From: a virus
Taxonomy: Duplodnaviria > Caudoviricetes
Virus record (IMG/VR): IMGVR_UViG_3300021185_003947
DNA: 64,000 nt
Strand: one strand, 5' to 3'
Part shown: one piece after another, positions 28,867-40,004 of the stretch
Position numbering within the stretch: the stretch's first letter is position 1
Layout of the letters: every line of letters starts with the position of its first letter
Translations under genes and position numbers: made by a program
The notes under the pieces: generated by a model
Told to the model about the DNA's origin: nothing
Databases searched by the model: none
Seen by the model: the letters and a program-made list of their open reading frames with translations, nothing else

Positions 28867-30792
28867 TTAATACCCGCCTCCGCCAGAGCCATTAGATGAT
28901 ACACTGGAACTACCAGTTGATGATGTACCTACCACAGATCTACCGCTTGAACTATTTAATACTATATTTGTATTTTGGTAATCAATATTAACACCAACAA
29001 CTAAATTTGTTTCAGCAACTTTTAAAATATAATTTCTAAGAGGTTTAACCGATGTTTGATCTTGAGGAGTAGCTGAAATTTTAATGCTTGTTGAACCATC
29101 AATAATTGCTCTTGGTTCAAATCCATTTAATTGAACTAATCCACTTTGTGGAAAGTAAGATCCAATATTATCAACTAACACTGAACTATTTGCATCAATA
29201 ATTTGAAGTATTGTAGTATTTAATTTATTTCTCATTCTTGCAATAGTATTATTTTCACCATATGTAAAAGATGTAGATGTAATACTATAAGCATCTAAAC
29301 CAGGTTGTTCTAATCTTATTGGAAAATATATACTATAAGTATCTTGTAAATTTAATGTCGGTTTAAATTCAATTTGAAGTCTAACATTCATGCTTGAAGA
29401 AAGAATTGATTGATCATATGCATCAATCTGAGTTAGTAATGTTGATCTTCTGAAGGTTTTACCAAATCCTTTTAATACTGTATTAAAATGAGTAGTAATA
29501 AGTTCTTTTACTCTACCTTCAATATTACCAGATTTTAGACCAGTAAGATTAGGATCCCATTGAACTCTTGTATCTAGTTCAAAATTTAAAACTACTGGAT
29601 CTACAAATTTTGTTCCAATAGCCATAATTCCAAGATTGTTTGCATATGTATTAACTATATTTGCTTTAATATCTGTTTGTTCTGCTACAGTAGTAGTATT
29701 AGCAAATTGAGTGCTAATATAAACACATCCATAATCAACTGGAATATTATCTTGACTACCCCAACAAGCTACTGCTTCTATTTGTGGAAAATTAGCTTTG
29801 ATCATAGATTCATAATCAAGAGCTGTAACTAATCTTTGTTGAGTAGCAAATGCTGCTGGAGCTAACTGCTTAATAGTATCAATAGACTGTAATTCTGAAC
29901 CACTAATAGATTTTGTAATTCCAATAACATTTACGGGGTAACTTTGACCAAGTACACCAATGGTATCATTAGCTGTAAATGTAACTCCACCATTGCCAAC
30001 AGATCCTGCTGTGCTAAGATAATTAATAATAATTTTATTACCAGCAACTGGAGCTCTACCAAATGATACACCATCACCAAAATTTAACTCATAATATCCA
30101 TTAGGCATTTCTCTTAATGTGTAATAAGCTGAAGTAGAATCTACTGTTACTGCTCTACTTAATTCAGTATAAGTGTCGTAATCTTCTGATGTTGTAGAAT
30201 TATATACATCTACAACTGCAGTTTTAATATCCATATTTGGATCTGGTATTATATAAACTTGTCTATCAGATGTTTCACCAACATAAAAAGTTTTTGTAGT
30301 TACTTTACCTTCATATGCCATAATTTCTTGAACACCAGTATCTGTTGTAAATGTATATACGCCATTTGCTTCTATACCAGTATATTTTTGTCTAGTATGA
30401 AATTGATATGTATTGCCATCAATATTTGTATTAAAAGTAAAACCAGAAGGAAGAAGAATTGAAGTAGGTCTTCCTACAACTAAACCAGTATTGATACTTA
30501 CTCTTAATGTAACTTTTGAAGATGTTTTTGATGCAACATCTAAACCAAGCATTTCTGCGTGTGATACTACCGAAGGTCTTAATTGTGCTGTATCAAGAAA
30601 TGATTCGTTTAATGCAAAATTAGCTATAAGTCCATTATAGTGTGTATTATATGCTAATACATCTAAAATATTATTTAAACCCGATGCTTCAAAATCATAA
30701 TCTGCAAACTCAGATTTTGCTTTGAAAAAAGTTTTTAATGAAGACTTAATATTTTCAAAGTCAAGCTGCGTTGATGTAATATTAGTTGCCAT
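28867..30792 (-). CDS. gp6: Baseplate wedge subunit gp6
   Basis: LDFENIK...DYDFEASGL..ILDVLAYNTHY...FLDTAQLR; AQQRLVTALDY. Confidence 0.93.
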   Translation of the reverse strand: MATNITSTQLDFENIKSSLKTFFKAKSEFADYDFEASGLNNILDVLAYNTHYNGLIANFALNESFLDTAQLRPSVVSHAEMLGLDVASKTSSKVTLRVSINTGLVVGRPTSILLPSGFTFNTNIDGNTYQFHTRQKYTGIEANGVYTFTTDTGVQEIMAYEGKVTTKTFYVGETSDRQVYIIPDPNMDIKTAVVDVYNSTTSEDYDTYTELSRAVTVDSTSAYYTLREMPNGYYELNFGDGVSFGRAPVAGNKIIINYLSTAGSVGNGGVTFTANDTIGVLGQSYPVNVIGITKSISGSELQSIDTIKQLAPAAFATQQRLVTALDYESMIKANFPQIEAVACWGSQDNIPVDYGCVYISTQFANTTTVAEQTDIKANIVNTYANNLGIMAIGTKFVDPVVLNFELDTRVQWDPNLTGLKSGNIEGRVKELITTHFNTVLKGFGKTFRRSTLLTQIDAYDQSILSSSMNVRLQIEFKPTLNLQDTYSIYFPIRLEQPGLDAYSITSTSFTYGENNTIARMRNKLNTTILQIIDANSSVLVDNIGSYFPQSGLVQLNGFEPRAIIDGSTSIKISATPQDQTSVKPLRNYILKVAETNLVVGVNIDYQNTNIVLNSSSGRSVVGTSSTGSSSVSSNGSGGGGY

Positions 30793-31236
30793 TTATCTTA
30801 GCCTCGCTACTGATGTTTCAATGACTTCTATTGAGCCTGTTGAAATTACTTGAAACTCTATTCTACAAAAAATATTGTTTAAGTCTGGTTGAATTACTGA
30901 TTGAACATTTATAAGCCTAGCTCTTGGTTCCCAATTTTTTATTGCCATTGCAATTTCTTCATTTACATCATCTTCTATTAAATCATCATTTAATTCAAAT
31001 AATAAACCTGATAAATCAGCACCAAAATTATGTGAAAACGGTTTTTCAAATTTATTAGTCATTAATAAATTCTTTATGGCCTGTTTAACTGCTGCAGCAT
31101 CTTCTTTTTTAAAAACATCACCATTAGTTTTTTTATTAAATGATAAATTAATATCCTTGCTCGTCCGCGTTCCCGAAGTAATAATACTCGGAGTAGATAA
31201 AATGCCATCTTCTGTTGCAAAAGCTCTTGTTACCAT
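30793..31236 (-). CDS. gp25: Baseplate wedge protein gp25
   Basis: AVKQAIKNLLMTNKFEKPF...FG...AIKNWEPR; late promoter at 31262-31269. Confidence 0.9.
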   Translation of the reverse strand: MVTRAFATEDGILSTPSIITSGTRTSKDINLSFNKKTNGDVFKKEDAAAVKQAIKNLLMTNKFEKPFSHNFGADLSGLLFELNDDLIEDDVNEEIAMAIKNWEPRARLINVQSVIQPDLNNIFCRIEFQVISTGSIEVIETSVARLR

Positions 31237-31279
31237 TTTGTTTATCTTCTATTGTTTATTCTATTTATACATTTATTTG

Positions 31280-34200
31280 TTATTTTAAACTCCAATTAAG
31301 GCCTCCGCCGGTGCGAGATGCGCCTAGAATAAAGTCCTCTGCGCCTTCTTCAATAGCTATATACAGATGTTTAGATGGGATGGCTCTACTTATATACACT
31401 TTATATTCTGAAGGACCAAATCCATAGCCATTGGATCCATATCTATCAAACCATTCTTTTTCACCTTCAACATCATGATATGTAAGAGTACTTCCTGGAG
31501 CATGTTTACCAGCTTTTGCTGCTGCCAATAATTCTTCTCTACTGCCATACGTACCAGATGGTAATTCTGTTTCTATTTTAGCTTTTTTCGGTTTAGGTTC
31601 TTGTACCTGTTTTTTCTCTTCAACCGGTTTTGCTGCTTCAGCTTTTGTTTCGGCAGTTTGATAAACTTTATTTGTCCTCGGTGCTGGTAATGATCCACCT
31701 TCTTCATCTCTCATAGAAAACAAACTAGCATCCTTATACACAGAAAAATCACCTCCCCAGCCAAGACCATGCTCTCGAGCAATTTGCGATATTGCACTAG
31801 GGAAATCATGAACTAATGTAGTACCTTTTAAATTCTGAGAAATATTTATGTTTATTCCTAATCCAGATGCGTTTGATGTCCATAAATCTTCACCAGTAAA
31901 TTCATCTGGAAGATTTGAATATTTTTGAGTAGTGGTCGCATATCCATCAAGAGTTTTGATTTCATAATTATAATCTGGTCCTTCAAGTTTATTAATAAAT
32001 GCTTGAAAGTTATTCCATACAGCACCAGAAACAAATGTGTAAAAGCCATTTTTTGTTTTAATTTTCTTTAACCCTTCAGCAGTAATTGCCGGCGTTGTTG
32101 GTTCTTCAAGTTCAACTGATCCTGTTTCACTTAAAGAGATTTCAATTAAGTCTTTAGTTGATTGAACTTCGTTATTAAAGTGAGTTTCTATTTCTTGCTT
32201 AAAAGTAACATTATAATTTTGAGGTATTTCTGGCATTACTACAATAATACTAGCGTACAATATTTTTTCACCAGAAGATAATTCATCAATTTCATAAGTA
32301 TCATAAGACATTATTAATTTATCATATTCAGCATTATCTTTTAAGTATGCTGCTAAATCAAATGTAACGCCTGGAGATAGATCTCCACTTCTTGAGTTAC
32401 GTACTTCAAAACCAACTACTCTTCCTGTTGCAGATAGTTTTGTTATAGAATCACTTGGTGCAGAAACATCTGTTGTTCCTAATTTTTGTACCCCTTCAAC
32501 TATTTTTATGTTAAAGCCTTCCATAAACTTTGGTACTTTTACTAATTTTAATAATTTAACAGTTGCAACTAAATTTCTTGCCATTCTGTGTCTTTCAACT
32601 TGACTCATATCATTCATTGTTTCAGAGTTCGGAAAGAATTTAGCTACTGGTATTCCAGGTGAAAGAAGAGTACCCATTTTAATGTCTTTTATATTATTTG
32701 GATTATATTGTGCTTCAGGAACAATAAATTTAATTTGCTTTTTAGATGTGTCTGTTGGTTTATATCTAATAGTTTTAGCTCCTGGATCAGCAGCTCCAAT
32801 AGTATTAGAACCCATTCGTGATTGAGTTTTCTTTCCTAATATTCTATTGACATGTGGCGGGACTTTTTCTGTATAAGAAGAAGATAATGTATCATTTGCA
32901 ATACACTCATTTACAAATGCTAAGTTAGATTTATTTGCTGGGTTCCGTAATTTAATTCTTATTTCAGCTGTGGTAAGTGGTTTATCAGTAACTCCAGCAG
33001 TTGTAACTGTTTTATCCATATAATTGTATATGCCATCATCGTCATCTACAAAAACTGATTGTACCATATAAGCAGATTTATCTAAAAATAATGATGTAGT
33101 AGTTTCAGTTGGCAATGGTTTTAAATTATCTAATCCACTTGGACCATAATCACTTGCGGCATCAGTTGGCCATTTCTTTGGACCCTTTGTAGTATTTGCT
33201 GCAGTCGCATCTACAGCATCAGCCGTAGTATTAACATTTGTAAATCCAGCTGCAACGCCATTTGTTGGCCCTACATTTGCAGTATCAGCAGAAATTGCTT
33301 GATCGGCCATTCCAGTTAAGTCGCCATGAAATGTTGTTGCGTGCATAGATGTTGAATTTACTCGAGTTGAATTAATGGTTTGAGTATCTAATGTATCAGT
33401 TGCGTACATACTTTTTGTAGTAACAGTATCAAGTGCGTTTATTGAGTGGCCAGTGTACATATTATAGTTATACATTACGATATTCTCACCACCAATAGTT
33501 CCGGTATTACCTGTAGCAGTTAAATCCTGAGCAACAATATTAATATTAGGTGATGTTAAACTAATTTCGGTTTGTGATGTAAGAGTTGTAGATCCTTTGT
33601 GGTTATAATCTGATTCACCTCTTACAATAAATTCATAATCTTCTTTTACTGAAGTGCTTAGTTTTCCAAGAAATGTATTTGTAACATCTTTTAATACTGT
33701 AGTGCTTTTTACTTTTTGAATAGTTTCAGCCATCATACCAATAATTCGTTTAGTATAAGACCCGAAGACATTTACAATCCAATGACCTCCAACTTTTAAA
33801 TTATAATTACCACCAACATCAAGATTAAAATCTCCACCAATATTCATAGTCAAATCACCTGAATAAGTAAGATTGCCATTTCCTTCTGTAAATAGATGAT
33901 GATTTCCAGTTACTAGATCTACTCTATTGCCTCTTGCATTAACAATAATAGATCCATCTGGTTTCATTTCAACCCCAGCACCTGACATATGCTTAAGTAG
34001 AATCCTTTCACTGCCGATAGTATCGTCATATAATGCTACATGGCCTTTTGGTGTTGTTTTAATCGAAACCTGCGCAGCGTCAGATGGCGTTGAATGTGTC
34101 AATGATATATCTTCACGACCAATTACAGTACTTACATCAGTTTCTAAATTATGAATCGAAACACCGCGTGTACTTTTTTCAGTACCCTGTTCAAAGAAAT

Positions 34201-34321
34201 AATCAGCTGTTGGATTTTCACCTGATGCATCTTCAAAACCAGTTCCTCGAACAGTTCCTAGTAGAAGAGCTCTTCTATTTTGTGCAGCTACATTTTCAAG
34301 TTCTTTATTATTTAAACTCAT
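31280..34321 (-). CDS. gp5 C-terminal-like spike protein with a degenerate M15-peptidase-like domain
   Basis: YDDTIGSERI..KHMSG...EMKPDG and beta-helix-like repeats; C-terminal LGWGGDF region. Confidence 0.65.
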   Translation of the reverse strand: MSLNNKELENVAAQNRRALLLGTVRGTGFEDASGENPTADYFFEQGTEKSTRGVSIHNLETDVSTVIGREDISLTHSTPSDAAQVSIKTTPKGHVALYDDTIGSERILLKHMSGAGVEMKPDGSIIVNARGNRVDLVTGNHHLFTEGNGNLTYSGDLTMNIGGDFNLDVGGNYNLKVGGHWIVNVFGSYTKRIIGMMAETIQKVKSTTVLKDVTNTFLGKLSTSVKEDYEFIVRGESDYNHKGSTTLTSQTEISLTSPNINIVAQDLTATGNTGTIGGENIVMYNYNMYTGHSINALDTVTTKSMYATDTLDTQTINSTRVNSTSMHATTFHGDLTGMADQAISADTANVGPTNGVAAGFTNVNTTADAVDATAANTTKGPKKWPTDAASDYGPSGLDNLKPLPTETTTSLFLDKSAYMVQSVFVDDDDGIYNYMDKTVTTAGVTDKPLTTAEIRIKLRNPANKSNLAFVNECIANDTLSSSYTEKVPPHVNRILGKKTQSRMGSNTIGAADPGAKTIRYKPTDTSKKQIKFIVPEAQYNPNNIKDIKMGTLLSPGIPVAKFFPNSETMNDMSQVERHRMARNLVATVKLLKLVKVPKFMEGFNIKIVEGVQKLGTTDVSAPSDSITKLSATGRVVGFEVRNSRSGDLSPGVTFDLAAYLKDNAEYDKLIMSYDTYEIDELSSGEKILYASIIVVMPEIPQNYNVTFKQEIETHFNNEVQSTKDLIEISLSETGSVELEEPTTPAITAEGLKKIKTKNGFYTFVSGAVWNNFQAFINKLEGPDYNYEIKTLDGYATTTQKYSNLPDEFTGEDLWTSNASGLGININISQNLKGTTLVHDFPSAISQIAREHGLGWGGDFSVYKDASLFSMRDEEGGSLPAPRTNKVYQTAETKAEAAKPVEEKKQVQEPKPKKAKIETELPSGTYGSREELLAAAKAGKHAPGSTLTYHDVEGEKEWFDRYGSNGYGFGPSEYKVYISRAIPSKHLYIAIEEGAEDFILGASRTGGGLNWSLK

Positions 34322-36555
34322 TTTTTGCCTACACTTTCTTTATACGATTTAAGGCTATTAATAGGAATCCCTAACATATTTTTTATACCAAGTGCTCCTC
34401 GAGTAGCTTCAATTATAGATTTTCCTTCAGCTATAAATTCAGCTTGTTTTTCTCTATCTAACACAACATTTACAACTTCATCTGTAATTAATTCTTTTGG
34501 TTTTACTATATCACCTTCTTTTAACATATCATTATTAAGAAGTTGTACAATTTCATCATATCCATGAGCTAAAATAGGTATAGCTCCAGGTAATGGTGCT
34601 GCAGTTTTTACTTGCTCTTTATCTGGTACAGGAGGAATTATAGCTGGAGCTGGAGAGGGCGTAACAAATGGAGCATTATTTTCTGTAATAGCATCAGATA
34701 ACATAACTTGCTCTGCAACTAATGCATCTTGGTCTACATTTTCTAATTCCGGATCTGTTTGATTAGTAGTTTTAAATCTATTTTTTAAATATCCTCCAAC
34801 ATCAAATCCAGGATCTTGAGCCCAATGTTCAATATCATTATGTCCAAAAACACTACATCCCGGCCATATTGCATAATACGATTTTACTATTATATCAAGA
34901 GTTTTCATTTGAGCTGTCGTTAAAGATTCTTTACCATATTTCCAATATTCTTTCTTTTCAGTTGAATAAGAATTCAATCCACCTATAAAGACTACACCAA
35001 TACTATATTTGTCATGATTATCAGTATGACGACCTTCAATATAAACTGGTCTGCCTCTTTCTATTTGTCCATTTTTCTTTACAACGTAATGATAACCAAT
35101 GCCATCTTGATTCAGCGTTATAGCTCTTTCATGTACTTCTTCAGCACCTGCATGAGATTGATCTAAAAAATGTTCACTCCAATGCAATACGAGTTCTGTA
35201 ATTTCTCTTTTAACACTATTAAATTCTGCAACTAATTCTTCAGGTGAATTAACTCGAGTAAATGCGTACTCACCTGGATTTTTAACTTTTCTTTTACTTT
35301 CAGAAATTACCGTTTGTGCACCTGACCAATTAGATGCAGCTTGACCTATTTCAATTCTTTCAGATGCAAGAGGAGGACTATCTGCATCATCTGGCACAAT
35401 ATTGGTAGAAAGATCTGTTGTAAGACTATTAACCTTTTTTTCAATATCAGTAGTAAGTTTACCTATTTGATTTTCAATAATAGCTCGAGCCTGTCCGGCT
35501 GGTATACCTGGTATTGTTATTTTACCCGTGTCTGGATCTAAGTATGGAACAATCTCTGCACCAAATGTTGTTATTTTACCCGTGTCTGGATCTAAGTATG
35601 GAACAATTTTTCCTAATTTAGCGCTTTGTAATATTGCGGCCGAATTAATGTCATTAATTACTGATGTAAATTTTTCATTTTTTAAATTTTTTACGGCTTG
35701 TAAAGTTTGATCAACATCTAAAACCGCGCCGGCAAGATCTTTTATTCCTCTTGTTAAATGATCATCTGCCGATAATTTAGCATTTTGAATTAATCCTAAT
35801 GCGTTGTTAATTTCAGCATCAACATTTGTTACGGTATTTAAAATATTATCTACATCTTTAATTGATATATCTAAATCTACATTCAATGCGTTTTGTAAAC
35901 CACCTAAGCCATTAGTTAATTTTTTTAGCTGATTAGGAAGAGCAGTTATATTGTTTAATGCACCAGTTAGATTTGTTTCAAGAGCATTAGCAGCAGACTC
36001 TAATGCAGCAACTTTTGCTAAACCATCTTTTGCAAAATCTGATAATTCTGCTGGAACAATTCCTTTCATAATTTTATTAAAATCAGGAAGTTCGCCTGTA
36101 ACTTTATTAATAGCCGATTGAATTGATTGTGGTGTTCCAACTAGTTTATTAGCTTTTTTTATTCCAGATCTAAGTGTTGCAACTGCAGTTTTTGGTGTAA
36201 ACACTTCTCCAGTATCAGGATTTGTCCATGGTCGAGCACTCATTTGTTGAACAATTTCTTCTTCTGCAGTAGTTAAAGCCTTATTCATTTTATCTTCAAG
36301 CCCTGGCATTTCATTAGTTAAAGTTGCAATAGGTGCTACCGCTACTAAATTTGCTATGCTTTCTTTTGCTACTGGCAAAGATTCAGTAAGTGATTTAATA
36401 CCATTGATAGAATTACCAACTTTATTTAAAGCTAATTTAGTTTCATTTAAAGCTTTTACTTGATTACTAACTTTATCTATTTTAGAAGTCAAGTTTTGGA
36501 AGTCTAATGTACCTCGTACATTATTTAATTTATCGTTTAATCCTCTAATATCCAT
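34318..36555 (-). CDS. Tail-associated protein with an N-acetylmuramoyl-L-alanine amidase domain
   Basis: LVLHWS...IGYHYVV..NGQIERGRP...SIGVVFIGG...FGHND...DPGFDV; long helical N-terminus. Confidence 0.8.
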   Translation of the reverse strand: MDIRGLNDKLNNVRGTLDFQNLTSKIDKVSNQVKALNETKLALNKVGNSINGIKSLTESLPVAKESIANLVAVAPIATLTNEMPGLEDKMNKALTTAEEEIVQQMSARPWTNPDTGEVFTPKTAVATLRSGIKKANKLVGTPQSIQSAINKVTGELPDFNKIMKGIVPAELSDFAKDGLAKVAALESAANALETNLTGALNNITALPNQLKKLTNGLGGLQNALNVDLDISIKDVDNILNTVTNVDAEINNALGLIQNAKLSADDHLTRGIKDLAGAVLDVDQTLQAVKNLKNEKFTSVINDINSAAILQSAKLGKIVPYLDPDTGKITTFGAEIVPYLDPDTGKITIPGIPAGQARAIIENQIGKLTTDIEKKVNSLTTDLSTNIVPDDADSPPLASERIEIGQAASNWSGAQTVISESKRKVKNPGEYAFTRVNSPEELVAEFNSVKREITELVLHWSEHFLDQSHAGAEEVHERAITLNQDGIGYHYVVKKNGQIERGRPVYIEGRHTDNHDKYSIGVVFIGGLNSYSTEKKEYWKYGKESLTTAQMKTLDIIVKSYYAIWPGCSVFGHNDIEHWAQDPGFDVGGYLKNRFKTTNQTDPELENVDQDALVAEQVMLSDAITENNAPFVTPSPAPAIIPPVPDKEQVKTAAPLPGAIPILAHGYDEIVQLLNNDMLKEGDIVKPKELITDEVVNVVLDREKQAEFIAEGKSIIEATRGALGIKNMLGIPINSLKSYKESVGKK
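35514..35607. repeat. 40-nt exact direct repeat with 54-nt period (IVPYLDPDTGKIT twice)
   Basis: Copies at 35514-35553 and 35568-35607. Confidence 0.85.
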
Positions 36556-36565
36556 AACTTATCTC

Positions 36566-37672
36566 CTATGTACCACTAACAAATTTACGATGATACACTA
36601 AAGCATGTGTAATTCGAGTTCTTAAAGTTGGTGACCAATATCTTCTACCAGCAGAATTTTGACTAGTTCCTTGTGATGTGTAAGGACACGCCCCAAACTC
36701 ACCACCATACCTTACAAATTTGTTAGATGGTCTTTCATAATATCTACATACACTATAAGTAGCGTTTGGAACATCAGCTCCACATGCATTAACATATCCC
36801 CATGCTTTCTTTTCATTATCAGGCCCAGAATCTGTGCATTCGTGCCAAATAAATCTGCATTGAGCATCTAAACTTTGCCATGGTAATCCAACATTTTCTG
36901 AAAATTTTATTAAATTTTCCCAACGCTGACCTCTCCATTGACATAAACCAAAAGCTGGCAAACCAACATCATCTGGATTAACTATTTCACTCCATGGCCC
37001 GCTTTTAAAAGATACATTTTGGCCTTCATATATGCTTTGATATTGCTGCCTTTTACTTACTCTAGTTACTGTATAGATTCCATTAAAATCTTTACCTCGT
37101 CCAGGCCCAGATTCAGCTCTTATATTTCCCATAAATCCACAAACTTGCGCCGGTTCCATAAAGTTACTAAGTGAAGTAAATATTTTTTCTTCTACACCAT
37201 TACCTGGCATTGCCTTTGCAATTGCTTCAATTTCTTCAGCGTTTGGCTGAACTGTTTGAGCTTCTCCTGCTGAATATACACTATTTGTTCTTGAAGATGT
37301 AACACCACCCGCATCTACTAATGGTGATAAAAGAGTGGGATCAGAGGCTTGTATATAAGAAGGTTCTTGTATAGTAACATAGCTTCCAAAAATTAGTGGT
37401 ATTTGAGATAATTCTCCATCTAAAAACATGCCATGAACCATTGCACCTTTTGCCAATACTGAATTCTCTCCTTGGCCCGAAATTCCTGGAGAAGTTGTAG
37501 GAATTAAACATTGCGCCCAAGGAAGATCATTATCTTCTATTTCAAGATTATCATGAATGCCAAATATTCTAACTTGCACTCTTCCCATGCCTTTTGGATC
37601 GTCATTTCTTCTGACTTTTCCTATAAAAAATCTTGGATTATCACCCCAATATTCATTAGATATACTTTTCAT
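36566..37672 (-). CDS. gp5: gp5 N-terminal OB-fold fused to a phage tail-lysozyme-like domain
   Basis: FFIGKV...DPKGMGRVQVRIFGIH...LPWA; GNIRAESG...FGLCQW...YERP. Confidence 0.8.
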   Translation of the reverse strand: MKSISNEYWGDNPRFFIGKVRRNDDPKGMGRVQVRIFGIHDNLEIEDNDLPWAQCLIPTTSPGISGQGENSVLAKGAMVHGMFLDGELSQIPLIFGSYVTIQEPSYIQASDPTLLSPLVDAGGVTSSRTNSVYSAGEAQTVQPNAEEIEAIAKAMPGNGVEEKIFTSLSNFMEPAQVCGFMGNIRAESGPGRGKDFNGIYTVTRVSKRQQYQSIYEGQNVSFKSGPWSEIVNPDDVGLPAFGLCQWRGQRWENLIKFSENVGLPWQSLDAQCRFIWHECTDSGPDNEKKAWGYVNACGADVPNATYSVCRYYERPSNKFVRYGGEFGACPYTSQGTSQNSAGRRYWSPTLRTRITHALVYHRKFVSGT

Positions 37673-37682
37673 TTATAAGCCT

Positions 37683-39161
37683 TTATCTTTTCTGATGTGA
37701 TAATTTACATAATCCTAAAGTGGTAGAAAAAGCACCGCTACCTGCAGGACTAAATGTGTGTTTAGCTGTATATATTAAATAATTGCCCGACTTTTTTATA
37801 TCTAATTCTTGACTATTTTCAATGTTATCATGCATTGCATTCTTTTTAATTTCTACGCTTATTCTATTACTTATAGTCATATTTGCATCTTTTGCTAAAA
37901 AGTTTTTACCCGGTACTTCGATAGTTAAACTTGATTTATGCAAATACCCTCTTAATCCACGGGCTGTTACTTTTAAGTTATGCAAATCACCTGTATGATA
38001 TTCGTTATACCCTCTAATAAGATCAGGCGAACCATTTGGAACTCCACTTTGTGAGCAAGTTGTAGTAATGTTAGTTATTGTTGATGCGTTATATTGACTT
38101 ATATTTTTACCACCAAACATTGCTTTATCATCATAAACTGGCACATCATCTTCAGGCATAATTCCTAACATTTTTGCTCGGGCAAATGTTTCTCCAGGAT
38201 TATGTTTTCGTACATGTATTGTTCCACGATACGTATCGATAAAATTATATGTTGAAGGGCCTAAACCAATATTATTATATGTATTCTGGCTTTCAGAGTT
38301 TTTCATTGAATAACTTTTTATAATAAAAAGTTTTTCTATTGGTTTTAATGTATGAGCTTTAGCTGCAATCGATTCAGAATAAGTGTATGGTAATAATCCA
38401 CTTCCAGGATTATTTACTGTTGGTAATTTAAGCATTGTTTCTAAATCTAAAAATCTAATTCTATCATCACCCATACTGGCAAAGATATAAAATGGATAGC
38501 CATTGCCAGTTATACACCTATCGCATAACCACGTCAAAGCATCTAAAGGGCCAATATTTGGTATCAATATTTTTAAAGTTCCATCTATTAGTGGTTCAAT
38601 ATCTTTATTAGATAATAATTCGTTATTTAAATAATAATCTGAACCACTAAATGTATATCCATTTAATTCATTTAATAAGCTTTGCATTATTTCAACTGGG
38701 TTACTTACAAACCCGCCATCGTTTAATCCGCCGCGGCTTTCAACCGCTTTAAATACTTTATTGATTGCCATTAAATTAGATTGGAAAGCTCTTTCTTCTA
38801 TTAAATGCAATAATACAATTTCATTGTTATCATTACTTTTTCCAGAATTAGTTACTTTATTTACAATAAAATGTTTAGTGATAGTGTTTATTTTACTGTC
38901 TTCAAGTTCTTCACCTGAAATAAGTGTTATTGAAACTCTTTCTGTTCCAAAGAAAGGAAATTTATCTCCTAAATTTTCATTGTCTAAAAATGCTAAATTA
39001 GCAGTCAAAAAAGGTTTTTCTATTGATTCAAAAAAGCTTATTTCATTTATTACATTCTTAATATCATAACCTTCAGGCGCAAAGGTCCAACGGTGAGCTG
39101 TTATAATCACTGATTGAATTACAAATTCATAAGGATTTGAATACTTACTAACTTCAGCCAT
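37683..39161 (-). CDS. Baseplate hub-like protein (gp27-like position)
   Basis: ISFFESIEKPFLTA...FPFFGTERV; G.YLI...KHTF C-terminus; between gp53 and gp5. Confidence 0.55.
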   Translation of the reverse strand: MAEVSKYSNPYEFVIQSVIITAHRWTFAPEGYDIKNVINEISFFESIEKPFLTANLAFLDNENLGDKFPFFGTERVSITLISGEELEDSKINTITKHFIVNKVTNSGKSNDNNEIVLLHLIEERAFQSNLMAINKVFKAVESRGGLNDGGFVSNPVEIMQSLLNELNGYTFSGSDYYLNNELLSNKDIEPLIDGTLKILIPNIGPLDALTWLCDRCITGNGYPFYIFASMGDDRIRFLDLETMLKLPTVNNPGSGLLPYTYSESIAAKAHTLKPIEKLFIIKSYSMKNSESQNTYNNIGLGPSTYNFIDTYRGTIHVRKHNPGETFARAKMLGIMPEDDVPVYDDKAMFGGKNISQYNASTITNITTTCSQSGVPNGSPDLIRGYNEYHTGDLHNLKVTARGLRGYLHKSSLTIEVPGKNFLAKDANMTISNRISVEIKKNAMHDNIENSQELDIKKSGNYLIYTAKHTFSPAGSGAFSTTLGLCKLSHQKR

Positions 39162-39169
39162 TAAAAAAA

Positions 39170-40003
39170 TTACCTACCTATGTTTTCGATGAAAGCCCGA
39201 TGAACAGTTCTTATTACGCTTGGCTTTAATACTTTAATTTTTCTTAATTTATTATTTTCATTTTGAAGATGCTGAGAGTAAGTAACTTCTGTTATAAATG
39301 CACTTTGATTTTCAGATAGTGGATTAATGTCAACCCAATTACCATCTGCATCTTCATGATGATGTGAAGCATTTATTTCAAGAGATGCTGAATGTAATCG
39401 AGCATTCTCAAATAAAGTAATATCTGGATAAGGTATAATTGCACCTGGATCTAGTAATGCTAAAGGATTAGCAATTATTCTATCAAATTTAACTGTTTCA
39501 CCTGGTATCCAAGAACCAACAGACCCACTAATAATTATTTGACCAAGATCTAATTTTTTTCTAATAACCGTGCCTCTTGCGGCGGATTGTGTACCCTCTA
39601 CTAAAGATCCTACTTTAAATATATTAATTAAGTTTGAGGTACTAGTTGGATTCCCAATATGTGGAACACCATTATCATCTGTACGAAAATTAAGCACTGT
39701 GTTAGGATAAGATTGATCTAATTGAGATTTTATGTTTCTATAAGTTAATGGCCAGCCCTGTCTTCGAAGATGATCGTTCATTAAATAGAATGTCCAATAA
39801 TATTTCTGATCGCCATACATTTTTGCAGATAGTACGTCTGGTCTATCTCCTTCTAAAATTTCATAATTTAAGTAATGTTGAAACGAATCTTTAAACTTAT
39901 CTACTATATCAGCATAAGAAGATATGTTTTGAAAGATAGAAAATGCGTTATCTTCTTCACCAAATTTATATCTTACATTATCAAAACCTGCAAAGTATCC
40001 CAT
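39170..40003 (-). CDS. gp53: Baseplate wedge protein gp53
   Basis: YEILEGDRPDVLSAKMYGDQKYYWTFYLMN...WP; ENNKLRKIKVLKP. Confidence 0.88.
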   Translation of the reverse strand: MGYFAGFDNVRYKFGEEDNAFSIFQNISSYADIVDKFKDSFQHYLNYEILEGDRPDVLSAKMYGDQKYYWTFYLMNDHLRRQGWPLTYRNIKSQLDQSYPNTVLNFRTDDNGVPHIGNPTSTSNLINIFKVGSLVEGTQSAARGTVIRKKLDLGQIIISGSVGSWIPGETVKFDRIIANPLALLDPGAIIPYPDITLFENARLHSASLEINASHHHEDADGNWVDINPLSENQSAFITEVTYSQHLQNENNKLRKIKVLKPSVIRTVHRAFIENIGR

Positions 40004-40004
40004 A

